Assembly: GCF_006345805.1 (NCBI RefSeq)
Contig: NC_042999.1
Coordinates: 126,480,001-126,544,000 of the forward strand
Length of the DNA: 64,000 nucleotides
Source of the DNA: Octopus sinensis
Taxonomy: Eukaryota
Direction: 5' to 3'
Part shown: positions 39,560-53,419 of the stretch, in pieces
Layout of the letters: each line of letters starts with the position of its first letter
How positions within the stretch are numbered: position 1 is the stretch's first letter
Position numbers and translations under genes: made by a program
The notes under the pieces: model-generated
What the model was told of the DNA's origin: nothing
The model's input: the letters and a program-made list of their open reading frames with translations, nothing else
Databases searched by the model: none

Positions 39560-40745
39560 GTTTCTCTTAAATGCACAGCTGGATCACCAAAAGTAGTTGA
39601 TAACATTTGTTACCTAGGGAATGTAATTAGCAAGGAAGGTGGTTGCTCTGAAAGTATGGTGGCCAGAGTAAGAACAGATTAGAGAAAGTTCAGGAAGCTA
39701 CTTCCATTGCTGACAAGGATCTTTTCCTTAGAGTACATTAGACTGTATGACACTTGTTGCATGGTTGTGAGACATGAGCCTTAAATGCAGAGGATGTGAG
39801 AAGAGTGGAAAAAATGAAGTGATCATGATTCATTGGATGTGCAATATGAACGTGCATGTAAAACATAGAAAGTTACTGTATGAAAAACTGGGCATAAGCA
39901 GTATCAGATGTGTGGTTTGTGTGGATAAAGAAAGCTGTATAAAACAAATTGCTACTAGAAGAGGGAGACCCAAGAATACACAGGATGAAGTGGTAAAGTT
40001 TGCCTAAGTACTAAGAGTCTAACATAGATGATAAAGGATCAGGATCTAGCAATATAAGGTTCTTGAAAACACCCACCCTTCTCAGTGAAACTGAGTTCTT
40101 GAAGTGCTATGTATATTGTGCTCTCCACCCACATATTACAATGATTTACCATCACTCCTGAATTAAGTTATCTCTCATCATGCACTATGCCTGCCTCTCT
40201 CTTTCTCTGCAGACTACCCAGCCATGTCATCTCTCTCTCCTGTCCTTCCCTCTATCAACTTTATCATCATTACTATCCTGCTGCTCTCTTCTGCATCCCT
40301 TTATCTTCCCTAACTCATGCCTCATCAATCAACCACTTTTCAACCCTACCTGATTTTTTACAGTTGCAGCCTAACTCCCCATACAATCTTGAAAAACACC
40401 CACTCATCCACCCACTTCTACTCAGCTTGTGCCTTGTGGGGATACCTGGTCACCTCGTCACCATTATCTATCTCTTTGCATTTCTTTTTCTGTTTCCTTC
40501 TCCCCTACTAAATGTGAGTAGCCATGCATATCCTCTTCAAGATCCGGCTCTTCCCCACCCTTCTTATACTTCAACCCCTTGTCCCCTACCAAAAAGCTGA
40601 TCTCCATCTCTCTTGGCTTCATAGACCTGCAAGCTGCATGGTCACCTCAATAGTGGTGATGGCACAAAAAAAAAAACATCCAGTATATGTTATAATGTAG
40701 TTGGCATTAGGGAAGGCATCCTACTGTAGATACCTTGCCAAATGT
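39560..40745 (+). mobile_element. Old RTE LINE 3' fragment with pyrimidine-rich 3' UTR
   Basis: Degenerate RT C-terminus (RGRPKNTQDEVVK) homologous to the young copies. Confidence 0.8.
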
Positions 40746-41895
40746 GAACTCAACAGAGGAACTAGCTATCCAAATCAACAGTAACTTTGTAGATAAAGAA
40801 ATTAAGAATATGAAGGCAAGGAAAGCCTGCGGCCCATTGGGAATCACTACTGGGATGCTTGAAATATCAGGTGGAGTGGGATATGGTCTAGTCACCTGTA
40901 TAGTTAATCAGATTGTCCACGAGGGAGTTATATCCGACTGGTGCAGCAGCATTATAGTCAACTACTACAAAGGTAAAGGTATTATAGTCAACTGTTACAA
41001 AGGTACAATTAGACAGAAATAATTACAGAGGTATCAAATTGCTAGATCAGATGATGAAAGTTACAGAAAGGGTCATAGCTCAACTAATTAGGATGAGTTC
41101 CTCTAGATGAACTTTTCCTTAGAGTATGGTAGAATATAGCGTCAGTAGTACTTCCTTGGAGAAGTACTACTGATGCTATATTCCTAGTAAGGAAACTACA
41201 AGAGAAGTATTTAGCCAAAAATAAACCTCTGTATTTGACTTTGGTCAACATGAGAAAGCCTTTGATGGGGTACTCTGCTCCCTTATCTGATGGTCAATGT
41301 GGAAGCTAGGGATAGATGACTGTTTGGGGAGAACTGTACAAGCCATGCACAGGGATGCAGTCAGTAAGGTGAAATTCAGCGATGAGTATAACAACAAATT
41401 TGGTGTAGAGGTAGGAGTTCACCAAGGATCAGTTCTCAACCCCCTCTTGTTTATCATAGTTCTGCAGGCCATAACAGGAATTTAAGACTGGCTGCCCTTG
41501 GGAGTTCCTTTATGTTAATGATGTTCTTATAGCTGAGTCACTACCAGAACTAGAGAAGAAATTCAGTTGTGAAAGCAAGGTCTGGAATCAAAGGGTCTTA
41601 CTGTTAATTTAGCTAAGACCAAAGTCCTAGTAAGTAAGAAAACAGATAAATTACTAATCCCTTTGAGGAAATAGCCCTGCTTGATATGTAGAAAAGTTGT
41701 AGATGGAAATTTCATAAGATGTATCCAGTGCAAACTATAGACACATAAAAGGTGCAGCAGTGTCATAGGAAGGTTAACAGAGAAAGTAGTCTTTGTGGGT
41801 AGCAGATGTGCAAGTACAATAAACACTAAGAATGTACAGAAAAGAAACTTTTTCAAATGTCCAGGATGGATCCTTAGAAGTAGTAGACAGCTTCC

Positions 41896-42096
41896 TGTTA
41901 TATTTCTTAAAACTGTTGGATTGTTATAACGCCCACTTCAGTATACAATATAACTTAGTAAAGCCAGTAAAGAAATGACTATCTCCAACTGCTTACTTCA
42001 TACTCCTGTACTTTATGTACTTCTCTTTACTTATAGTGACTAGGTTATTCCATTCGTCACGGAGGGGTGTACTATTATTACTAATTCCCTACAACA
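41896..42096 (-). repeat. 3' LTR of the Gypsy element
   Basis: TGTTATA...CTACAACA, direct repeat of 46119-46320 (about 85% identical by eye). Confidence 0.93.
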
Positions 42097-45000
42097 TCTC
42101 CTTTTTAAGTTTTTCTTAGGAAGTGTCATTTTATTTAGCATTAATTTTTTTTATTCACCCCCACCTTCCTTTTTGAGTTTTTAATTTGTACAATTTAATA
42201 TTTTTTGCACTTGGCATCTATTTTCAGGAACTCTATGTTTTCTTTTCCACTCACTTCTATGCCTGGGTTCAATCACCTGCTGTGGCATTGGTACTTCGAA
42301 CGTATTGTACAACCATTCCACCGGTTCTTCCAACTTCTTTGGTTCATTTTCCATAAATCTTTTTCAGTTTGTTCTTGTATCTCTTTTGTATACCTTTTCT
42401 ACTTTTTACCCAATACATCATTTTACATATGCATTTGGTAATTAAGCCATCTTCCCAACTCTGCTTTCCATTCTTGTATACCCTCATCTACACCTTTCCA
42501 CCAACTTTAAAGAATCTTGCTATATTTTCCCTGGCACTTTTTCTTTCTTGCCAGGTAGCAATTTATCAAAGACTGATTTTACTTTCTTTGCAAACATCAG
42601 CTCTACTGGTGAGCTACCTGCTGGTGTATTCAGCTACCTCATCCATGACTTCCTTATTCTATCTTCTAAGGGCTCTTTTGAAGGTATCAACAAAGCATTC
42701 TGTCTGTCCATTAGATCTGGGATGGTATGGCACCATAGTTATATGTTCTACAGCAAATGTTTCACAAATTTTTTTTAATTCAATAGACACAAATGTTCCA
42801 TTGTCAGACATACTCTTGTATGTGATGCCAAATTTTGCAAACAGTCTGTGTGAAAAATTTATCACGGTTGAGAAGGTTGGTTTTTTTTACACTTGCAAGT
42901 TTCAGGCCGTTTTCAAAAACTATCAACTACCACTAAGTAGTAAGAACGATTTAAAGGACCATCAAAATCGATGTGTAGTCTTGACCATGGAACATCTACA
43001 GGTTCACTTTTTATAGCTGGCAATTTTGATGCTAGAGCACATCCTCTACAGCCTTTCACCAAATTTTCAATTTCTCTGTCCATTTTCAGCCAGTATATAT
43101 AACTGTGCATTAAAGCTTTCTTGAAATACCAGGATGTCTAACATGAAATTCTCTCAACATTTCCTTTTGTAGTATTTCCGGTATCACTACTCTCTGCATA
43201 CATCAGTACGCCATCACACACTGAGTATAGGTTCACATCTTGGTTTTGTTTTGCACCAGCCCTGTTCTTATTTTCTTTGCATTCAACTTTATATCCTCCA
43301 GGGTCACTTGCAACTTTCATACCATGTTCCACATCACATTATTTATTTCACCTTCAGCTCTTAGAGTTGCTATTACCATCTCTTCGAATGGCTTGCCGTG
43401 TTTTGGTTTCAGTCTGGACAAACCATCCGCATGCCCTAGGTTTCTCGATGGTAAATACTCCATTCTATAGTCGTAATTTAATAGTATAGTGCCCCATCTC
43501 TGTAGTCTATTTGCTGTATGTATTGGGATTCCTTTTTTGGGCAGTGATCTGTTTGCTAAAAGAAACATCTTCCATGGATAAATCTATGGAACTTCTTGAC
43601 ACCAAATATGATTGCCAATGCCTTTTCAGCTGGCAATAATGACCTTAATGCATAGGCTATAGCCTTTTTACTGCCATCGTCGTATTTGTGCAGAAGTGTG
43701 GCTCCTACACCTTACTCACTTGCATCTGTAGCCAGTATAATTTCCAACAGATCATTGAGTGGGGCTCTTACATTATGTATGTTTGGAATGTAGATTTGGT
43801 AATAGTTTACCAAACCCAAGAATGCCTGCAGCATAGTTAAATTTTTCGGTGTGGGCATATTCTTTATCGCTGTTACTCTTGATGGATCTGGTTTTCTTCC
43901 ATTTTTGTCAATTGTCCTAAGTGTTTGATTTTATTCAACAAAAACTCACATTTTTCCTCCGTTAACTTGAACCCGTATTTACTTATTTTCTCAAATACTC
44001 TTAAAATGTTCAAAGTGTTCCTGTGTTTCACTCTTTATTAAAATGTCATCTACATAGGCGATAGCGAAATCACAATCACTCAGCATTGCATCCATTACTT
44101 GCTTAAATATGGCAGGACCCACTTTTACACCGAAGGGAAGCCACTTAAATTTAAATAAGCCACAGTGTGTGTTAATTGTTAACGACTGTGTGCAGTCTTC
44201 TTCTTGTATTTGTGTATATGCCTCCAAGAGGTCTAATTTAGAAAAGAATTTTCTTCCATTCAATTTTGCAAACACTTTTTCCGGACTGGGCAATGGGTAG
44301 TTACGTGCAACTAAACAATCATTCAACCCAGTTGAAAAACCCACACAAACTCTTAGTTTGTTATTCTTCTTTTTCACGTAAACTGTCAGTGCTGCCCAGT
44401 CTGCATAGTCTCTCTTTTCAATTATATCAAGACTTTCCAGTTCTTTGTTAACTTAGTCTATTGCTGCAAATGGTACATTCCATTTTGGCCTAAAGACCAG
44501 TGTTGCACTTTGTTTTACAGCGATCTTAGCTTTTGTTTTTGTACAAGAACCCAGTTCTTCCAAAAACACATCTGGAAATAATTTTTTTATTTTTTGTTTC
44601 AGTCCTTCGGCTTTATTTGAACCTTTTGACTGACCCAACTATATTTCCACACAGAACACTTATGGGTGTATTCCATACTTTGAATAGTTCCATCCACTCT
44701 GTGCTGAATAAATTAAGTGAACTTTTTAACACATATATCTTCACCTGTTTCGTTTAACCTCAAAATGTTACATATGAATTCCCTGAAAAAATATAATCTT
44801 TTTCCCATAACACCATATGTTAACATTTTCGATTTAATTAATTTTGGCTGACTGACATATTTCCAAGTTTTTTCATTAATAATGGTGCTATTACTACCAG
44901 TGTCCAATTGCATTTTAACACTAGTATTTCTGATTTTCACCTTTATGAATTTTCTCATCGTTATATTACCAATTTCTTTTGATAATATACTATTTATTCT

Positions 45001-46118
45001 TTTTCCTTTGTTCTAACATTTTATCATCTTCGTTCTACAGTGCGTCTTTATATGTCCTGTACTTCCACAATGAAAGCACTCTGCTTTTTTAAATGGGCAA
45101 TTTTTCCTTAGGTGTATACCTCCACATGCAAAACATGGTTTTATTTCCTGATATTTGTTGTGTTTTTTTAGAAAACACTTTATCTCTATTCTGAATATTT
45201 TAAACTTGTTATTTGGAAACAGCCTTTACATTCAGTTTCCTCTATCCTTTCACATTTTTCTGACACTTGCTGTAGGGTTACATCCTGGTTTTGTTCTAGT
45301 TTTGTGAGAATTCTAATTCTAACTTCTGCATCCTTTTCGGCAGCAAGTCTCTGTGTAACAATCAGGCATTTGAACATATCTGGCATTAGTTGATCCAGCT
45401 TAAACTTCTTGCATTCCCTGTTTACTCTACCAGCATACATGATATAGTCCTCATCATTGTTTTTCTTTATGTTCAGACACTTTCAACATGTGTTGAACAA
45501 TGAGCTTTTTTCACTGAAAATTTTACACAATATATCTATTGTGTCATTAAAGTTTATGTCCGAAGGTTTTTTTGGGTGTACATAATTGCTGTAATGTCCA
45601 TGTTCTGCTGCCGCCAGTTTTCTCAAGATTAAGCATGTTTTCATATCATCATCCCAATCTTTACATTCTTTCTCAAAGATTTGCTCATGTCTTCTGTAGT
45701 ATACTTCGAAGGTAACTCCTTCATCAGGTTCATATTTGAACACTGTTATCGAGTTCTTGACATAGTCTGTTGAGAACACTTTTTCTGACTTTCCTGATTA
45801 CTTCAGTAATTGCAGCATTTGTTGCTGTAATATTATTTGTTGTTGCTCTTGCAGTTTTATCTGCTGCTGTTGTTTTTTTTAGTTGTTCTTGCAGTTGTAG
45901 CTGCTGCTGTTGTTGTTCTTTCAGTTGCTGTTGTTGTTCTTTCAGTTGCTGTTGTTGCTACTCGAGCAAACCGGCCAACAAATTTTCCATAATTTTACAA
46001 TTTTTTTCATAAAATTCACACAACAAAACTTTTGCAAGTTTGTTAACTCCTCATAAATTGTTAAAATCCTCGTCGAGTTTATTAATTCCTCGTAATTTGT
46101 TTCAATCCTTGTTGCCAC

Positions 46119-46320
46119 TGTTATAATCCTTAAAATGTTGGATTGTTATGATGCCCACTTCAGTATACAGTATACTTAGTAAAACTAGTAAAGACATGAC
46201 TATCTCTAACCACTTACTATGTGCTCTCATACTTCATGTACTTCTCTTTACTTATAGTGACTAGGTTATTCCATTCATCACATGGGAGAGGTGTACCTTT
46301 ATTACTAATTCTCTACAACA
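46119..46320 (-). repeat. 5' LTR of the Gypsy element
   Basis: Direct repeat of 41896-42096; PBS lies immediately internal. Confidence 0.93.
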
Positions 46321-48503
46321 CTTCTGTTACTTAAGTAACCTAGTTAGATGTGGAGGAGGATGCTCTGAGAGCATAGTTGATAGAATAAGAATAGGCTGGG
46401 CAAAATTCAGGGAATTACTACTTTTGTTAATACTAAAGGGCCTCTTCCTCAGAGTAAAAAGTAGATTGTATGATGCCTGTGTATGAATAGCCTTGCTACA
46501 ATATGGCATGGTAACACAGGCAGTGACTGTAGAGGACATGCAAAGGCTCTGAAAGAAATGAAATCAGCATGCTCTGCTGGATGTGCAATGTCAGTGTGCA
46601 TGTACAATGGAGTGTAAGTGTTTTAAGAGAACTGGATATAAGAGGCATCAGGTGTAGTGTGCAAGAGAGAACACTGTGCTGGTATGGTCATGTGATGCCT
46701 ATAGATGATGACAGCTGCATAAAGAAGTGTCAATCTCTAATTGTGGAGGGAACTTGTGGAAAGAGTAAACCCAGGAAGCAGTGAGAAATGATCTTCAGAT
46801 GTTGAACCTTGCAGAGATGACAGGTGAAACTTCTGACAATTTCCAGTGCTTTCAAAGACACATCCAACTGAGTGAAATCATGGCCACCCACACACAGACG
46901 CATGTCCTTTATGGCCATGTCTCCCCCCCACACACACACACACTATCTGACCTCTGTCAAAACTCACTCATTTCCCCAACAACTGCTGTAGGTTCCTTCC
47001 CTCTACTCTCCCTCAACATATCACCCAGTGCAGATCCTTTCCCTCCACTCTCTCATATGCCCGTCTGTACACTCTCCATGTCCTCATATATTTTCCTTAA
47101 CCCCAGTCATTCCAATTTCTCTCATCATCATTTGCTACAGTCATGTCTTCCCCATCTCTAAACATCTCCGCTCACACTCTTTTCCCTTTGCACTGCTTAT
47201 ACTCTCCTCCACTGTCCTGTCAGTAGGCTCAATACATTTTCAACACCATCTATTTCTCTTTCTCACTCTGAATGTCTCTCTGACTCTCTCTCACCTTCCT
47301 TCTTCCTTGTCCTACTGGGTTTAGTCACGTATCTCCTCTTTAATAAAATAACTATCTCTGTCCCTCTCTTATTCTCTAACCTCTCACCTGACTCACAACC
47401 ACTTCCCTCAGTTGCACTTTCTCTGTCAGCTAAGAGATCTTTGTCTTGCAAGCTACCTGACAACCCCGCTGGCGCTGGTGTCACAGAAAAGCATCTGTAC
47501 TGGTCCCACGTAAAAAGCACCTGTGCCAATTCCACATACAAAGCACTTGTATGGGTGCCACATAAAAAAAGCACCCAGCTCACTCTGTAAAATGGTTAAT
47601 GTTAGGGAGGGTATCTAGACATAGAAACCATGCTGAAACAGACAATTGGAACCAGTGCAGCTCTCCGGCTAGCCAGTTCCTGTCAAACCATCCAACTCAT
47701 GCCAGCATAGAAAACAGACATTAAATGATGATTATGATATATTTATATAGTCCAACTCATACCAGCATGAGTGCAGACATAACATGGTGTATATACATTC
47801 AAGAATAGCTGCTGTATATAAATGTTGAGCTAAGTTTTCTTCCACACTCACACACATACAAACATAAAATAAGTCCAGAAGTTGTCATCATGTACACTAT
47901 GCAAACATAGCATCTAGTATGTTGCTGTCACATTACAGTAGGGTCTGTGACACACTAATTACTTGCATCAACAATTTAACTGGGTTATATACTCTGTTTG
48001 AAAAGAATTTCAGTAAGATAGAAGAACCATTAAACTTATCAATTACTGTGTTCATTCTGGGGGTCTTTAATCTTCCTGTATTGAAAGAGTGAGAGTGCTA
48101 CTTGCACTCTTAGAGGGATATCTCTACAGAATTCCTGACATCTCCAGAAATATTCATGTATTTATATCTTCTTCCCTAAAGACCTATACTACTATACAAG
48201 AACAATCATTTACAGACAATTTGCCCATCAATGTTAGATGCATAATTATCTTGAATCATAGTATTACAGACTTAATACTAATCTAACAATTAAACAGATC
48301 TGAGCAATTTTTACAATATATCTTTATTTTATCCAAGTTCAGTTTGTATGAAGTCAACTAGATATGAATTCAATAAACATCTGTATGTAAGACAATGACA
48401 ATTTCAAATATTGTCAACAATATAAATTCTCAGTCATTTTGCACGTGGACAAATAACTGCCATGTGAGAGGTAGTAGGATGAGTATCCTGATTCTCTGCT
48501 TAA

Positions 48504-48679
48504 CCCTTTAGCATTTAAACTGGCCAGATCCAACCTCTCACACTTACCCTACAATGTCATTCTACAAATAAGCAACGATGTCACCAAAATCTGAAAGCTA
48601 TGAGATAATGCATAATTATTCCAAAACAATATGAATAAATAGGTATTACATTTGACTGAGTCATCTGAATGCTAAAGGG
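48504..48679. mobile_element. piggyBac-like MITE (176 bp)
   Basis: TTAA on both flanks and a perfect 12-bp TIR CCCTTTAGCATT/AATGCTAAAGGG; a decayed reverse relative lies at ~50085-50300. Confidence 0.88.
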
Positions 48680-51600
48680 TTAACAAATGTATGTCTGATT
48701 GATCAAAACTGACTTCAGCTAGCCCAGCAATAGCTAAAGTCCATAATTTTATCACCTGTCAGGCCAATACTTGTGAAAACATGGTGAAAAATATTCTCCT
48801 CAAAATTGATAGGTAAATAAATGTTAAGGAAAACATACTTTGGAACCATTTCTTCAAGAAATTGAAGTTAAAATAAATGGTGTAAGATGTTCTTACTAAT
48901 ATGGAGCAAAGATAGCCTTAACAATCCATAATAATTCTTACTGCATGAAAGAGAAATTTTACTCACTACAAACCACTAGTCATTGACAACCAACTTTTCT
49001 AAGCTTGCTAATTTCTTTGCTCATGTTCAGATTGCATTTGATAATATCAAGATTAAAGAAATTGTTATATAAGAAAGATAGAAGTAATAGATTAAAAAAA
49101 ACACTGTAGTTAATATTTTATAGTTGCCTTAGTAACAGCAGTCACCTAAAGATCTTAAAAGGTAGCATAATAACTTCTGTTATAAGAAGGCTGAAGCAAG
49201 TTAGATGCAAATATTTACCAACCTATCTTCTTGATTTCACATATCAATGAGAAGGTGGGTAAGAATCATCATAAAGAAACAATATTCTAAGAGAATTGTA
49301 ACTTTTCCAACATCATAACTAAATATCAAATTAACTCAATACTAACAGAAATATAATGCCACGCTATAACAAATATAGATTTTGTGATTGCAAAATGTGT
49401 GGAAGTGCATCAGATGGGTTTGTACCTGAAATTTAAAGGTTCAACCACTTATTAATTCAAGGCGCATGTGGTTCAGTTGGTGGAACAACAGAACACTCAT
49501 CATCTAAGTTAATGAAGACCTAAACTTTATGATGGAAAATGTGAAATTTAAGATGACAAACTGTCATGGTCATGTAATTAAATTGATAGCAACCTACAGG
49601 CATCTGACAGGTAAATTCTTGATGAAGAATTATATTAAAGTTCTTTAAAATATTTATTTACTAAAGTACCACTACAGCACACTACCATACTATAAATATG
49701 TATATGGAGTCATATGTATTTAATCTTAGTATGAAATTAAGCATTGTACTTTCATCACAGGGTGTGGTGGGAAGGGTCCAGTAGTTTGGAATGAGGATCA
49801 AACTATCTATCCTTTCATTATCCTTACAGTTCATCGGGATTTGTATACCCCTCCCTTAATAGCAAAGACTCATTTACTAAAATGTAAACAAGACAGTACC
49901 AGATACTACTCATTTGCATATGATATTGAGTTAACTGATTGATATTAGTATTATTAGACTACAATTAATGTTTGATAGCTTGGGAGGGAGTGGGTGAATG
50001 AATTCTGATGAGCCATAGAACAGGTAACCTAATCAGATTAATTTTCATCCCAAGCTATCTATTTATCCATGGAGCCTAAAGACCCTGTAACATTCAGATT
50101 ATTCTAAGTGTAATGCTTATATACTCATGTTGTTTTTAATTAATCAGATATTGTCTTGCAGTTTCAATATTTAGGGGATGTGATTGTTTATTTTGAGAAT
50201 GACATTGTAGAATAGGTATGAGAGGCCAGATCTGACTAGTTTGAAGCTAAAACAAGTAGAATATTTGGGCTGGATATGGCCTGTTTAAATGCTAAAATAT
50301 ATTTATGGATATAACTTTGTATTATACTTTTATAAGAAATGGTGACAGTGACTTCAAAGTTTTGGTCTGGTGGACTTCATCAGCAAAACAGACACAGGCT
50401 AGCAGACTAAAGCTTTGAAATCAGTCACCACTCTTCTTGTAAAAGTAAAATGTGTAAGTACTCTGCCAAATGTATTGAGTTATTCTTCAGTTTATTGTAA
50501 GATTGTTTTTACTATAACTTGACATAAAAGCAAACCTTGATATAACTTTGTATTAGGGTTTGTTGTTAAGTTCAGTTATATTAGAAATGATTTTGCATTA
50601 ATTTGATGGGTTACTCTTTACTTTTGTACAGTATAAATTTATTATTCTTGTACAAGAATATTGTTGACAGTAACTTCAAAGTGACTGCAGTTCAACAATG
50701 GCTTAGCTGACCGAAACTTCTAAGTCACTTTTGACAACATTCTTGTGTAAGATATAACTTTGTATCTATATTGCCATCATCATCATCATTATCATCACCG
50801 TCATCATTTTAATATCCATCCCTCTATGCTTGCATGGATCTTACAATATCTGTTGAGGCAGATTTTTTTTTATGATCAGATATCCTTGTTGCCAATCCTC
50901 ATCTGTTTCTGAACAAATTAATATTTCCTCTTCACTAGACATTTTTTTAAACAGGAGACTGCAAATGAGGGAGATCACTTGTATGATGATGATGATGCTC
51001 ATTTATATCTATTGTATGATGTCAAAACAGAGACACAAAATACACACACTTACATATACATGCACAGAGGCTTCTTTCAGTTTCTATCTACCAAATCCCC
51101 TCACAAGGCTTTGGTTGACCTGGAGCTATAGTAGAAGATACAGATACTTGCCCAAGGTGCTACACAATAAAACTGAACCGAAAACCATAGTTGGAAAGCA
51201 AACTTATCAATTACACAGCTATGCTTGTGCCTACATATATTTATTAAATATTTAACCAACTTCTACTACTTCTGCTAATCCTCCTTTAGATTCGAGCTCA
51301 TAAATAAAGTTGAAGACTACCAAGTATGACTCACAATACTCATTAATTGTTTTGATTGAATGCCTTCACACACATATGCGCACTACTAAAAGTGATTAAG
51401 TTTTAATGAAGGCAAGTGCTTTATCTTTTGTATCATTGCATAATAATGATAATAATAATAATAATAATAAAAATAATAATATTCAACTTGATAACAATCT
51501 ACAAAACATTTTGTCAGTATTATATTACATCCTCTTTGTTATCTGCAGCTAGCAAAGGAACTTTTGCCTGGTTGTCCGACCTGCTAGAAATAGCAGCTAA

Positions 51601-52214
51601 GTCTCTCTCTCAAATCATTCTACTCTTAAGAAAGGACACATTTGATAATGTTGTCTAGAGTATGTCATGGCTGGAATGCCTTCAGTTATGTATGTGTCTA
51701 CCTAATCAGAGCTAACCTGTGGCAAACAACAACTTATTAGCTTTATTATGTGTCTGGCAGCTCACATTTCATTAAATGATTAAGTATATCTCCTTTGAGA
51801 AACACAATTCCAACAATTTCGCATCCTCAACTGCCGTTAGTTTTATTCTGAACAAAATAGTTAAACATTTGCTAATAGTAGTCTTGGATATTACCACTTA
51901 AGGATTTACTTCCTACATTGAATTTCCTTTCAGTTGCAGCTGTGTTTGAATCTCTCATCTGATAGTTGAATACTTGTTAAATTTTCCATCAAAAGAGGGA
52001 AGGCAGTGCCTGAGACCAGTGGGAGGAGGGGGAGTAGGAAGGAAGCTATCCTCTCACTCCCCTCCATCAAGCTTCCATGAGACTGGCCTGGATACTTCTA
52101 ACAGATGGTGTTAAGCTAGATAGGCCATGACAGGATTTGAACTCAGACTGTAAAGAGTGGAATAAATACCACCACAAAGCATCCAGTTCAACATTCTTAC
52201 AATCCCACCAGTCA

Positions 52215-52609
52215 CTAGCAGTATTGCCTGGCATTGCTCGGGTTTGTTTTGACCCTTTAGAATTGGAATTTTCAAAAAGTAAAAATTTTGCATTATGTAG
52301 CTTGTTATTCTCTTTAAGTGAACATTTTTCTGGTTGAAATACACCGAAAAATGGTGACACAGCAGTCAAAAAATCGTAAAAAAAAATAGGGATTTTCATA
52401 GAAAAAAAGCACCTTTTTGATGTAAATAATTTTTGGTGTTAACATGGTCCGATTTGAATTTCTTCTTCTACGGAAGGAAGAGCAAGCCTTCTTCTATTAT
52501 ACTCTCAATTTTGGTCAACTTGTGCCTCAGGGTCTCGGAGGAGATAGTGTTAGTTGAAGGCTACCAAACCTGCCATACACAGACAACTTCAGCTTTATAT
52601 ATAGAGAGA
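52215..52609 (-). mobile_element. Non-autonomous Helitron
   Basis: On the minus strand: A|TCTCTCTATATATAAAG ... CCCGAGCAATGCCAGG-CAATACTG-CTAG|T. This gives 5' TC, a 3' hairpin plus CTAG, and insertion between A and T without a TSD (into the CAGTCA^TTTGACTG motif of a SINE). Confidence 0.88.
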
Positions 52610-52821
52610 TTTGACTGCAGCCATGCTGGAGCACCACCTTAGAGTGTTTTTAGTTGAAGAAATCAATCCCAGGACTTATTCTTTGTAAGCCTAGTACTTA
52701 TTCTATTGGTCTCTTTTGCCAAATCACTAAGTTACAGGGACTTAAACACACCAGCATTAGTAGTCAGGCGATAGCGGGGCGATAAACACAGGCACATATA
52801 CATAAATACATTCATACATAC

Positions 52822-52875
<54 letters not shown>

Positions 52876-52946
52876 GCAAGTGATTTGAGATCTGAGATCG
52901 TGTGCTGGAATGAAAACAATTGCAGCGTGGAAGGTGTTTGTAAGCC

Positions 52947-53165
52947 ATTTAAGAAACACACAAAAGCCGTTCAATTCACTTCAACATTAAGTTTAATTTG
53001 TCAAAATATTTTCGTCGCTATAAGACAGCAACCTGTTCACTGACAAAAATGAGATGCAGCACGGATTTTTGTCAGTGAACAGGTCGCGGTCTTATAGCAA
53101 CGAAAATATTTTGACAAATTAAACTTAATGTTGAAGTGAATCGAACGGCTTTTGTGTGTTTCTTA

Positions 53166-53168
<3 letters not shown>
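52947..53168. repeat. Palindrome with 104-bp arms and 14-bp spacer; hammerhead-like motif in each arm
   Basis: 52947-53050 is the reverse complement of 53065-53168 with few mismatches. Confidence 0.9.
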
Positions 53169-53203
<35 letters not shown>

Positions 53204-53419
53204 GTGACAACAAAAGAATGAGATCTCGATATCAGGTAAATAGAGGATTATTTATATATGTATAATTTAGAACAAACAGTAAGTTGTCATCATAGTACTT
53301 GGAGTTTCGAATATCAGGGCGAAGAGCTATGATGCATTCACATCAGCTATTAATGGCAGTAGACGCTAGGAAATAAAAAAACATTGAATAAAAGGGAAGT
53401 TACTCTAATAGGTAGATAA

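Larger units (their letters stand above)
41896..46320 (-). mobile_element. Full-length decayed Ty3/Gypsy LTR retrotransposon (Mag-like)
   Basis: Two ~200-bp TG...CA LTRs (41896-42096, 46119-46320) and TSD CTTCC/CTTCT. PBS TGGCAACAAGGAT is a CpG-decayed match to tRNA-Ser(GCT); purine tract next to the other LTR. Broken gag (poly-Q, double Cys-His knuckle), protease (LDTGS), RT (LPFGV..GPAIF, YVDD), RNase H and integrase (WSRLHIDF, SDNGT, PYHPRSNGQ). Confidence 0.95.
40750..47730 (+). mobile_element. Old RTE LINE (40750-41895 and 46321-47730) split by a Gypsy insertion
   Basis: RT motifs (MWKLGIDD..., GVHQGSVLNPLLF) before the LTR. The RTE sequence GACAGCTTCC resumes as CTTCTGTTACTTAAG after the second LTR and runs to a tail at ~47730. 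Confidence 0.88.

Noticed and set aside
48070-48140. ERVRVLL resembling FBXO45 exon 2 (ERIRVIL)
   Set aside because: The following residues do not match the conserved C-terminus and there is no suitable acceptor
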